64,000 bases of DNA, taken from positions 20,150,001 through 20,214,000 of the forward strand of contig NC_043014.1 in NCBI RefSeq assembly GCF_006345805.1, read 5' to 3'. This DNA comes from Octopus sinensis (taxonomy: Eukaryota). Shown here piece by piece: positions 40,297-52,339 of this stretch. The translations under genes and the position numbers were made by a program. A model generated the notes under the pieces. The model was given only the letters and a program-made list of their open reading frames with translations, had not been told where the DNA came from and made no database searches. Each line of letters opens with the position of its first letter. Position 1 is the stretch's first letter.

Positions 40297-40792
40297 CCAA
40301 AGTCAAACTTACAAATATTGAGGAATCCATGAACTAGATAAGACACAACACACACAAATGAAAGAGAAAATAAAGAAAGAATACTATAGACGAGTTAGAT
40401 CAATACTAAAAAGAGAGCTCAATGCTAAAAACAAGATAATAGGTATTAACACTTTAGCCGTCCCAGTTATAAACTACAGGTACAGTGTCCTTAACTGGAC
40501 GCTAAATGAACTAACCAAAATAGATAGGAGGACAAGAAAAATAATGAGAGTATCTAGGAAGCATCACCAAAATCTGTTATAGAAAGGCTATATATACAAT
40601 GTATAGAAGGTTGCAGAGGCCTTATAAAGCTGGAAAACTACTATAAAATAACCACGATAGGACTTCAAAAATACCTACTTCTGAAGCAAGGAAAACTGAT
40701 ACAAATAGCGGCAAAACACGAGCAAAACAAAAAAATGTTCTTCGTATTTAAAGAAGCTGACAAATACAAACAAGAAATCACACCACCTAACA

Positions 40793-40832
<40 letters not shown>

Positions 40833-41863
40833 TAATAATAATAATAAATAATAATAATAGAAGAAGAAGAGAGAAGAAGAAGAAGAAGAGAAGAAGAAGA
40901 AGAAGAAGAAGAAGAAGAAGAAGAAAAGAAGACACAACAAAAGCTATAAATCAAATGAAATCAAAACTAAAACTGAAACAGCAACGGACCATGATAAACC
41001 GATGGCAAGAAAAGCCCCTTCATGGCAAGTACTGGACTAAACTAAATGCAAAAGAAATAGACCAAGAAAATTCCCAGCAGCGGTTGAGAAGCTCAGGACT
41101 CAAAGTAGAGACAGAGGGATTTTTAACTGCAGCACAAAACCAAAGGCTCCTCACCAGAAATTACCAAAAACATGTAATGAAATATAACAAGTAAGTGCAG
41201 AATATGTGGAGATGGACAAGAAACAATAAATCATAGTATCTCTGGCTGCCCAATCCTGGCTAAGAAGGAATATATTCACAGACACGGCAGAGTTGGGACC
41301 TACATACACTGGAAGCTATGCCAACATTATGGAATAACAACAGAAAAAAGATGGTATAGGCATACACCAGAAATGTTCACAGAAAACGAGAAAGCAACCA
41401 TACTCTGGGATATGTCAATACACACAGATAGAGAAATTAAGGCCAACAGACCAGATATAGTTGTCAGAGATCATGAAGGAAAAAAATGCTTTCTAATTGA
41501 TGTATCAATACCAGCAGATGACAACGTGTCTCTAAAAGAAATAAAGAAACTTTCAAAATACAAAAACCTGGAAATAGAGGTAACTAAAATGTAGAATCTA
41601 AAAACAGAAACAATTCCTATCATAGTAGGTGCATTAGGCATGATAAAAAAATATTCAGACAAATACATAACAAAAACACCAGGACTTACAAACACATATA
41701 TCATACAGAAAATTGCACTACTAGGCACTGCACACATCCTACGCAGAACACTTTCAATACAGTAACCATCAGAGCATCACAACAAATCACAGCACATACT
41801 TAAGGCACACAGAGCTGCGCTCAGTAGTGAAGTGAAAGCACGTTATAAAAATAAAACTACTGA
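40297..41863 (+). mobile_element. Dong/R4-clade non-LTR retrotransposon, 5'-truncated
   Basis: Post-RT region MKEKIKKEYYRRVRSILKRELNAKNKIIGINTLAVPVI, CCHC finger CRICGDGQETINHSISGC and restriction-like endonuclease RPDIVV...LIDVSIP...KLSKY. Stop at 41763-41765, ~100-nt 3' UTR, (TAA)n on both sides. Confidence 0.93.
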
Positions 41864-41895
41864 ATGATAATAATAATATAATAATAATAATAATA

Positions 41896-41932
<37 letters not shown>

Positions 41933-41941
41933 TTGATAATG

Positions 41942-41983
<42 letters not shown>

Positions 41984-42015
41984 TTGATAATGATAATAAT
42001 AATAATAATAATAAC

Positions 42016-42107
<92 letters not shown>
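41864..42107. repeat. (TAA)n array
   Basis: Directly visible. Confidence 0.98.
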
Positions 42108-42109
<2 letters not shown>

Positions 42110-42660
42110 GCCCTGATGCAGTACCAGGCAGTGGCTCTCATGGCTTCTGATCTTAACTGATTGGAAGTGTTATCATGTACATTGTTTTGTCTTGGTATAA
42201 AAGATGGGCTCCAGCAAATATTCTGCTCAATACCACAGATTTGCTCGTCAGTTGTTTGACCTTAACCAGTTGAGCATGTCCCTTAGTGGCTGACGATATG
42301 TGCATCTCTGATCACGAGCAGAAGTAGTGGGGAAGCATCATAGCCATGTGTTGAGAGGGATTCTTTGGGGTTTGAATAATTCACCTCTGGAAACATGGGT
42401 GGTTCTTTCAACATCCCTAAACAACCCTTATTCAGGGACCTTTTGAGCGGGATGGGCTACTCAACCTGAAGAAAATTCTAACTGGGCCCCACCTGCAAAG
42501 TCATGTGCTGTTTATCTTGATATGAGATCACAATATCGCGCACATATGGTTGTGATGCATGTGCCTGGTGTACCCTTATCAGACGGGTAGTCCTGATGGG
42601 TATATTGGGCTTCGTATATTTTACCCCAGTGTCACTTTGATGGCATGAACTGCTCTCTCA

Positions 42661-42664
<4 letters not shown>
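42108..42664 (+). mobile_element. 557-bp non-coding element embedded in (TAA)n
   Basis: Sharp (TAA)n boundaries on both sides, higher GC than the flanks, and an actga-at end like the neighbouring Dong element. Confidence 0.6.
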
Positions 42665-42698
<34 letters not shown>

Positions 42699-43549
42699 TA
42701 ATAATAATAATAATAATATTTTTGAAAGGATTGACGTATTTCTTCACAATGGTAAACAGTCAAGGCAGTCTGCTGGCTGTGGACAGCTGACACTTTCCAT
42801 GATACCCAGCAAAATAAACTGTGAGTTTTAATACAATAATAATACAAATGTCTTTTTTAAAGTCGATTTTACATCATTGTAACTAGAATCGTATCAATAT
42901 AGAAATGTATACCTCTTTTCACGTTACACTCCTTATGATTCATTCAGTTTGCTTGAAATGATCTCTGGTTTATAATCTCTCACGCTCTCTCTCACTCTTC
43001 CTCTCTCTCTCCCTCCCTCTCTCTCTCTCTCTCTCTCTCTTTTCTTTTCCTTTTCTCCCTTCTTTTGTGAGGAGATTTTTTTTTTATTGCCGGATAGGAT
43101 TGCAATTTGTTACACAAACGGTCACTGAAACTCATTTATATGTTGGTTAACAGTTTATCGACTTGGTGAAGTTCATTAAAATCGACGCATAAAAAGATGT
43201 AACAATATTCAACAGCATATTTTTCTCTGCACTTTCATTTATTTGTCATTCTGATTACTTCTTCTTTTTCATCTTTTGGTTCCGCAAATTATTTCTCCTT
43301 AATGTATAATATATATTTAAATTGATGAAAAAATTTTAGTCATGATGATAAACGCTTCGCAGGAATACTGAAACGCGAGAATTGATTTAAACATCTCTGC
43401 TGTATAACGAAAATTGTATGTAGAAATGAAAAGTCGTCATTTCAGACTAATTGGATGTTCGCCTTTTTTCGAAGATCCGAGTGTGAATATCCTGTTTGAA
43501 CACACGCACTCACACTCGCACACACTCACATGCACATAATTCTATGTGC

Positions 43550-43663
<114 letters not shown>

Positions 43664-43693
43664 ATGTCTATATATATATATATATATATATAA

Positions 43694-43870
43694 AGTTAAT
43701 CCAAACATGATAACACAAAGAGAAAACACAACAACGCGAGGACGTGGAACAAATATAGTATTATTGGACGCTCAGGAAGGAAGGAAAGAAGGAGGGCTTA
43801 ACATTTCGAGCGGACCTCTTCGTCAGTAACATAGGAAAAGGAAAGATCCAAAAAAGGGAAGACGGAGGAT
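43694..43870 (-). mobile_element. Second copy of the 26474-26648 HHR-bearing element
   Basis: Minus strand: gtta | CTGACGA | a | gagg tcc gctc | GAAA | tgt taag at 43795-43830; (TA)n flanks. Confidence 0.75.
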
Positions 43871-43895
43871 AAAAAAAAATATATATATGTATATA

Positions 43896-43934
<39 letters not shown>

Positions 43935-44078
43935 CATACATATATATATATGAATATATATCATCATGAATGTATACTAAGCACACACGCGCACACGCGC
44001 ACACGCGCACACGCGCACACATGCATACGAACGCACGGGCGCACATGTGTGTGTGTATGTGTAAATATATACATACAC

Positions 44079-44370
44079 GAAGGTGCATGGCTTAGTGACT
44101 AGAACGTTTGTCGTACGATCGTATGGGCGTAAGTTAGATCGACGGCGGTGCGTTGTGTCCTTAAGCAAGACACTTTAGTTCTCGTTGCACTAGTCCTTTA
44201 ATTCAAACGGCCAGCTTTGTCACACTCTGTGTCGCATGAAATCTCCCTTAGAACTACGTTAAGGATTGGCGTGTATGTGGAGTGCTCAGCGGTTTGCACG
44301 TTAATTTCACCAAGCAAGTTGTTCAGTTGGCCGAATCATCTGAAATAATCGTCTTCATAACCGACAGAGA
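44079..44370 (+). mobile_element. SINE family B, diverged
   Basis: gaaggtgcatggcttagtgactag...gttgtgtccttaagcaagacacttt...gcacgttaatttcac. Confidence 0.85.
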
Positions 44371-45062
44371 CCCAAGCCATACATAAAATTTTTAAAGTTG
44401 CTTGCTATGTGCTTTGCACATCACACTTGCTCAAAGGAATGAAGATTTTAAAAAGTGGCTAAGCGTAATTTTTTAAAACTCATTGATATATCTAAATGAA
44501 TATAACATTTGAAAGCAAGAGACCAAAGACAGAAAAATAAAATACAGAGCGTATAAATAGAGATACGGGATACATGAAAGAGAACTATACGAAGAGAAAA
44601 TGTGTGAAATTTATAATTATTATAAAAGTCTTACAGAATGTGATGCTGGGTTGAAGGAAGTAAAACAAAGTAGAGAAGAGAGATGTGAGGATTGTAAAGA
44701 AACATCTTGCATGACGAGTGTAACGTCAAATGAGGTATACATTTCCATATTGATATGATTCTAGTTAGAATGATGTAAAATCGACTTTAATATAAGAGAG
44801 TATTGGGAGTAGAACGAAAGTATTTATGAGACGCACTATGAAGGATTTTAGAAAGTTATTATATGGTTACAAGGAAGTAGCTGCACTAAATGGTATTTAA
44901 CATTTATAAGAATAAGTGCATTGCAGATATTCTGTATGTTTATAAGGGAGGAAAGGCATATACTGATAGAAGGTAGGACAAACTCTTATTGAAATAGCCA
45001 GCCACTGGAGAATGGGAGGAAGAGTAGACAGCATTACACGGAAATATAGGACAGAGTCTAGG

Positions 45063-45386
45063 AGCACTCCGTCGGTTACGACGGTGAGGGGCCCAGCTGA
45101 TACGATCAATGGAACAGCCTGCTCGTGAAATTAACGTGCAAGTGACTGAGCAATCCACAGACACGTGTACCCTTGACGTAGTTCTCGGGGAGATTCAGCG
45201 TGACACAGAGTGTGACAAGGCCGGCCCTTTGAAATATAGGTACAACCTCATTTTTGCCAGCTGAGTGGACTGGAGCAACGTGAAATAAAGTGTCTTGCTC
45301 AAGGACGCAACGCGTCGCCGGGAATCGAACTCATGACCTTACAATCGTGAGCCGAATGCCCTAACCACTAAGCCATGCACCTTCAC
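45063..45386 (-). mobile_element. SINE family B, full length with TSD
   Basis: Close to 3880-4204; TSD agagtctagg at 45053-45062 and 45387-45396. Confidence 0.95.
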
Positions 45387-45436
45387 AGAGTCTAGGTAAT
45401 AACTATTTATACAGTGTAAGAATTAATGCAAATTTC

Positions 45437-45655
45437 GTGAAACTAAGTCACGTTAATAAACCCACTAAAAAACAAAATTAATTATTAAAAAGGTGTAAAT
45501 GAAAGATTTCACAATAAAACTAAGCAAAACATTCAATAAAGTCATTTTGCTTTTGTTTTCTTTATTGAGACCTCTTTCATTTTCACCTTAATTAATTATC
45601 TTTTAATTCATTTATTTTCCTGACGTTTAATTTATTAACGCGGCTTCGTTTGACT
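45437..45655. repeat. Decayed AT-rich palindrome (MITE-like)
   Basis: gtgaaactaagtcacgttaataaa pairs with tttattaacgcggcttcgtttgac; aaggtgtaaatgaaaga pairs with tctttcattttcacctt. Confidence 0.55.
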
Positions 45656-45741
45656 GAGATATTCATCTACTTGTAGTGCTTAATAAGTAGTTTTTATTAT
45701 TTTCTCACTAATCTTCCCACTTTTTATGTCACTACATAATA

Positions 45742-45797
<56 letters not shown>

Positions 45798-45969
45798 ATA
45801 TATATATAAATGTATGTATGTATGTATATATATATATAACCATACATACATATACATGTATAAATGCATATATATATATAAACATACATATATACATATA
45901 TAATTACATATATATAAACTTCCATACATACACTAATATATATCTATATTTATGTCTTTTTCTCTATCG

Positions 45970-46377
45970 CTTTTACTTGTTTCAGTCATTCGACTGTGGC
46001 CATGCTGGAGCACCGCCTTTAGTCGAGCACATCGACTCCAGGACTTATTCTTTGTAAGCCTAGTAATTATTCTATCGGGTTCTTTTGCCGAACCGCTAAG
46101 TTACGGGGACATAAACACACTACCATCGGTTGTCAAGCGATATTGGAGGGACAAAAACAGACACACAAACATATACACACACACACATATATATATATAT
46201 ATACATATATACGACGGGTTTCCTTTCAGTTTCCGTCTACCAAATCCACTCACAAGGTTTTGGTCGGCCCGAGGCTATAGTAGAAGACACTTGCCCAACG
46301 TGCCACGCAGTGGGAATGAACCCGGGACCATGTGGTTGGTAAGCAAGCTACTTACCACACATCCACTCCTGCGCCTA
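45970..46377 (-). mobile_element. SINE family A, full length
   Basis: Reverse complement of 4496-4902; explains the 189-aa ORF at 45952. Confidence 0.95.
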
Positions 46378-47060
46378 TGTATGTATGTATGTATTTATAT
46401 ATTATATGTATATACAAACACACACGCGTATACACACATACCCCCACCAATATATTATATATATATATATATATATACATCCATCAGTAATTACTGTAAA
46501 ATATCAATAGTTTTAAATTAACTTTGTCTAGTTTGGTAAAAGATTCCATTTGAATTAATCTATAAAATGTACTGAAAATTAAATTTTTACCTATATTACG
46601 AAACACACACTTGAGAAATTATATAACTTATTGATTTCTTGATATAAGTGATATTTTACTATTTCTCATTAACTCTTTTCATTTTGGAAATAATGCATCT
46701 GATTTTGGTGATTCCTTTCATTCATTATTTAAATTGCAATGTTTTTGGCATTTAGAATATTACTACAGAATTTAATGACTTCTGAACAAAATTTTGAATC
46801 ATTATCTTACTTCTTGAGGTTAAAAGTAATTTATAAATTTCAATTCTTTTATGTCGATAGGAGTATCATACGTGTGTAGGAGTATTGTATATGTGTGTTA
46901 AATTTACATTCTATGTATGTCATGTACTCCACCGTTACTCCCAACACACCGTCTGCAATATTTTTCTCTATTCTTGCACATTGTTTTGTTCTCACATTCT
47001 TCATCCGAAACGCTTTTGTTTATCATTTTCTGTTTCCACTCAAGCATATCGTACAAAGTC

Positions 47061-47128
<68 letters not shown>

Positions 47129-47998
47129 TCTCTCTCTCTCTCTCTCCCACTCTTCTCTCCTTCTGTCTGTCTATTTTTCTGTTCAATTTGTGCAACTGTA
47201 GAAACAGAGGAATGTCTCCGAAAAAATAGTATTTACCATAAGTACGAGCGCAATTGCTTCCTTGAATGAAATTCTGGTGAAAACGTATGAGGCCTATGCA
47301 AATATATTTTACGTATACTGTAGTTGAACAGAAAAAATGTATGCTTTTATTTTCTAAACAATTGATACAATACAGAGCATTCGATATCCTTTTCTATGAC
47401 CCATGTGAAACATGTTTAGTATTTTCAAAGCAGTGATTGGAAAATATAATTAACGAAACGAAATAACACTTACAGAAATAAACTTACTATGGTTTCTTCT
47501 TAAAACACTTAGTTAACGGCAAATATTTCGAAATAAAAATTTCAGTCTATACAATCTGCTAGATAGAAAACCATAAAACTACGGGTATTTCTGAAAAGGA
47601 AAGTGGATAAATATTGCTCTGCTCAGTTGAGTATTGAAGATATGGTCATGATTAGAAATTTTTTATGGCGAAAGTAATTCCATAAAATGAAATTTCTACA
47701 TAATGCAAATATATCTTGTTGAACCCATGAAAAACATTTCCCAAATGCTATCCATCTCAACCTGGACAACCCTTTTATAAATAAGGTTTTCTGGGTCCCC
47801 ATTGGTGAGTTAGCAATTAATTGAGTGATAAGGGACCTCTTTCACTCTCTATATATACATATAACTTTGTATTTCTATGTGGGGTTGTATGTGCTATAGG
47901 CAAGTTATTGTCTCATACACACACACACAAACAGACACACACACACGCATTCACACACACGCACACACACGCACACACATACACATACATATCGGCAT

Positions 47999-48310
47999 CT
48001 GGAAAATTTTTAGCTATTATTTATTCAGCATTGCATACGTTTCATTTGGTATTAAGAATCATAAATTTGTACATGTTGGATAAACATGTAAGAAATATCC
48101 CATTACAAATTCTTTAGAGAGAGAATCGATTAATAATATTTGATTCCCGGGCTGAAGAATTTCTAATAAGAAATCTCTTACATGTTTATCCAGCATATAC
48201 AGTTCTATGATTCCAATTAGTAAATAAAACATGTGTAATGGCGAATAACTAATACGAAACAAATTTCTGACTTCTTTTGTTATATAATAACTCAGCCAAA
48301 AATATTTCCA
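47999..48310. mobile_element. Old fold-back element with two decayed hammerheads
   Basis: Arms 47999-48117 and 48152-48310. The minus copy reads CTAAAGA...GAAA cgtatg; the plus copy reads CTGAAGA...AAAA catgtg TA. Confidence 0.65.
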
Positions 48311-48708
48311 GAATTTTCAACTCTCATATGTATCTCACATTAACGCAACATCGGCAACAACCACATTCTGGAATGTATGTATATAAGCATTTATGTATAT
48401 GTATGTTTATCAACACCAGGTGCGACATATGCATTTAACTGTAATGTAAGTATAATTATTCATCTATTATCGGTTGAGGAAAGATAAAGATATGGTGAAA
48501 GAAAAGGATGGTCATTTTGAGTAGGAGATATAAGTAAAATATTATCAATAAATATAACAATAAACCTGTAAACTTTCATTAACAAAACCTTAGGAATTTT
48601 ATTTTATGAGAAAATGACTTTTGGATAAATATATTTATCGAACTTGGTGTGTTGCATATATATGTACGCTAGTAAATAGATAAATAGACAGATCGGTAGA
48701 TAGATAGC

Positions 48709-48791
<83 letters not shown>

Positions 48792-48871
48792 ATAGATATC
48801 CACACATTCTTGCATATACATGTATTTTTTTTTGCGCAATAAATTTCATATATATATATACTATGTAATTG

Positions 48872-48909
<38 letters not shown>

Positions 48910-49289
48910 TTATATATCTATGTACGTTTATATATACCTAAAGTTATATATATGTTTGTATATATGTCTATATATGATTATGCATGTGTGCATCTTTAAA
49001 AAGTACCTATTCACAGGTTTTTGGTGCGTAACTGTGTACGTGTTTGTGCCAACAGAGTAATTTGCCAATAACCCACTGTTTTTGTTTTAATTCCTAATCA
49101 CTCCCTTTCTTATCGATTCTTATTAACTGAACTAACTTTCCCATCTGAAAAAACGTAGCGTTCCATATCTCTCTCGTTCCATATCAGATTCTTTTCTTTT
49201 AATATCCCCTCCTTCAAATCTGCAGTTCTGCATTATAGATATTTTCGATCATTTTCCAGACATTCATTCAGACAGTAGGAAAATTGCAT

Positions 49290-49320
<31 letters not shown>

Positions 49321-49334
49321 GTGTGTGCGTGTGT

Positions 49335-49384
<50 letters not shown>

Positions 49385-49795
49385 TGTGAACATGAATATA
49401 TATATATATATATATATATCTATATATATACATATTCTTATGTGTGCGTTTGTGTGTATGCATGTGTATGTGTGCGTGTGATTCGGTCCGTGTGACATTA
49501 ATCTCCCTCTGCTTGTTTATGTTGCCGATCCTACAATGCCTGTCAATATCTATAAACATCTATGGACTGATATACTTCAAGATCAAACAACACAAATACA
49601 CACACACACACACACACCACACACACACACACCACACACACACGCACACATACTTATCTGAATCTGCCCGGTTGCGTATCCTTCAGTAACTAAAAACATT
49701 AATATGCAACTTTATATTAATTATCCGCAGATTACCCAGCACAAGAACATACAAGTATAATGCGACAAAAACCAACCTACATGCACGTTTAAATA

Positions 49796-51076
49796 TATCA
49801 AGTTAACCCATAAGTTCTATCCGATTTTACCTGTTTTTAAACTGAATAAAATTTAATAGTATTTTAGAAAGTCTAATGGAATTAAAAATTATTTTTATGC
49901 ATTTGTGTACATTTAAACTAATTTATAATTATTTTACAGAATAATAGAATTAAAATTTCTTTGATTAAAACCCTTTCTAACATGGAAGTACCCAAAGAGC
50001 ATTTAAGGTACATAATGCTTTATAAGTACAAAAAAATGGAAACTCTGCAGCCGAAGCGACTCGAAACATGCACTCAGCTTATGGGAAAGACTGCTTGAAT
50101 GAAAGAACTCGCAGAAGATGGTTTGCAAAATTCAGAAGTGGAGATTTCAGACTTGAAGATGAAGAGCCAATAGGACGTCCAATTGAGTTTGATGATAAGC
50201 TCCTTGGGGCATTACTTGAAGAAAATCCTGCATTTTCAGTTGAAGAATTGCCAATAAAGCTTAGTTCAAACCATACAACTGTTCATCGTCATCTTTAACA
50301 ACTTGGAATGGTTCCTAAACTTGGAAAATGGGTGCCTCATGAATTTTCCGAAAGCAACCCGATTTGTCATCTGCTCTTCTCTTCATTCTCGCGAAATCAT
50401 TTCACCCTTTTCGGATAGACTTATGACTGGTGACGAAAAACGGATCTTTTATTGAAATGCTAAACGTCGTAAACAGTGGCTTGGTAAAAGGGAAAAGGCT
50501 CAACCACAACCGAGATGGGAACTTCATGGAAAAAATATTCTTCCCTCTGTCTGGTGGAATTGCTAAGGAGTAATTCACTTTGAATTGCTACCACCTAATG
50601 CAGCAATCAATGCTCGTCTACTGGCAGCAATTACAGCGTTTGAACCACGTTTTGAAGAAAAAAAGACCTGCTTTAGTAAATCGAAAATGAATGATGCTTC
50701 ATCAGGACAATACGCAATCCCACACTGCAAAAATCACATCACAGAAGATGGAAGAGCTTGGTTGTGAAAAAATTCCTCATCCACCTTATTCTCCTGACCT
50801 TGCTCCTTCAGACTACCATTTGTTTCGCAGTTTGCAGAATCATTTGCGGGACACAACTTTCGCAAGCCAGGAGGAGGTTGAAACTTACATTTCAGAGGTT
50901 TTCGCTTTGAAACCAAAATAGTTCTACAATGATGAGGTTAAAAAGCTTGTAAATAGATGAAAGAAAGTCATAGATACCCAGGGAAAGTACATTGATGATT
51001 AAATTTCAATTAAATATAACAATTGATTACTTGATTTCTTTATTCGAAATTCGGATAGAACTTATGGGATGACATG

Positions 51077-51079
<3 letters not shown>
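49796..51079 (+). mobile_element. Full-length mariner (DD34D) transposon, inactive
   Basis: TA-flanked TIRs tatca(a/t)gt(t/c)a(a/t)cccataagttctatccga; 1284 bp. Confidence 0.95.
49982..51002 (+). pseudogene. Mariner transposase pseudogene
   Basis: MEVPKEHLR..., WFAKFRSG, WVPHEF, TGDEK, HQDN, then YSPDLAPSD with 34 residues between the last two Asp; several stops and frameshifts. Confidence 0.95.
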
Positions 51080-51119
<40 letters not shown>

Positions 51120-51157
51120 AATAGATACATAGATACATATATACATATACATATATA

Positions 51158-51193
<36 letters not shown>

Positions 51194-51194
51194 T

Positions 51195-51298
<104 letters not shown>

Positions 51299-51348
51299 TG
51301 AGGTTCACTACTATTGTTTCAAACGTGTTCTTTATTGAGGATCAAAAC

Positions 51349-51576
51349 ACGGACACGTGTACGCCTAATGTAGTTTTCAGGGAGATCCACGTGACACAGC
51401 GAGTGAGAAGGCTGGCCCTTTGAAATACAGCTACTACTCATTTTTGCTAACTGAGTGAATTGGAGCTACGTGAAATAAGGTAACTGGTTCAAAGACACAA
51501 CGAGTCGCCTGGGATTGAGCTCATGACCTTAAGATTGCGAGTCAAATACCTTAACCAATAAGCCATACACTTTCAA
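51349..51576 (-). mobile_element. SINE family B, partial
   Basis: gacacgtgtac...ccctttgaaatacag...taaccaataagccat. Confidence 0.85.
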
Positions 51577-51638
51577 CATATATATGTGTGTGTGTGTGTG
51601 TATACATAATACATTTATATATGTATATATAGACATAC

Positions 51639-51697
<59 letters not shown>

Positions 51698-51776
51698 ACA
51701 TATATATATATATACATATATATATACATATATATACATATATGCATATATGTATATATGTGTGAGTGTAGAGAGA

Positions 51777-51813
<37 letters not shown>

Positions 51814-51814
<1 letters not shown>

Positions 51815-52336
51815 AATATTGCATCTCTAAATCTCTGAGAGATTTATACAATAGCAGCACGATAAGGTGATGTTATATTACCAACTTAATGTAGCAGTCC
51901 CATGAAAGGAAATAACGATACCCCTATTTAATCCTGGGAAACACCGTTTCCTGTTGGCCATAACACATTTTCGGAGTCCTTATGTTTTCAAAGCGGGAGA
52001 TAAGCACCTCCAACCAGTAAGCCAGCATCTAGAGACTAGTTTCATGCTGCTACTGTATAAATCTCTCTGAGAAATTTAGAAATGCAATATTTCTATTTTC
52101 GAAATCACTGAATATGTTTCTCTGGAAATATAAATGTTTTCGAAGGCGAATTAGCGTCGACAGCTAGCAAATCATGCTACTCCAGGCTGATGATGAGCAA
52201 TGACTCTGAAACTAGTCTCTGGATGCTGGCTTTCCTGCCTGGAGGTACTTATCGCCCCCTTTGAAAACATAAGTACACAGAAAATGTGTCATGGCACTGC
52301 AAATGGTGTTTCCTATGGTTAAATAGCAGTAGCATT
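51814..52336. mobile_element. Tandem/inverted HHR-bearing repeat unit (PLE pseudo-LTR or retrozyme-like)
   Basis: 51814-51862 is inverted at 52042-52092; about 51915-52044 is inverted at 52207-52336. Confidence 0.8.
52181..52223 (+). ncRNA. Minimal type I hammerhead ribozyme
   Basis: tccagg | CTGATGA | t gag caatga ctc t | GAAA | ctag | TC | tctgga: 6-bp stem I, palindromic ACTAGT stem III, GUC site, U.U at 10.1-11.1. Distal stem I extension gctagca/tgctggc. Confidence 0.85.
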
Positions 52337-52339
52337 CTA

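Noticed and set aside
42205-42255. CUGACGA followed by a gcaaat/atttgc stem on the minus strand
   Set aside because: No GAAA follows the stem.
45952-46521. Longest ORF (189 aa) and similar ORFs at 4391, 12363, 34226 and 63590
   Set aside because: Chance open frames through SINE family A; the same peptides recur at each copy.
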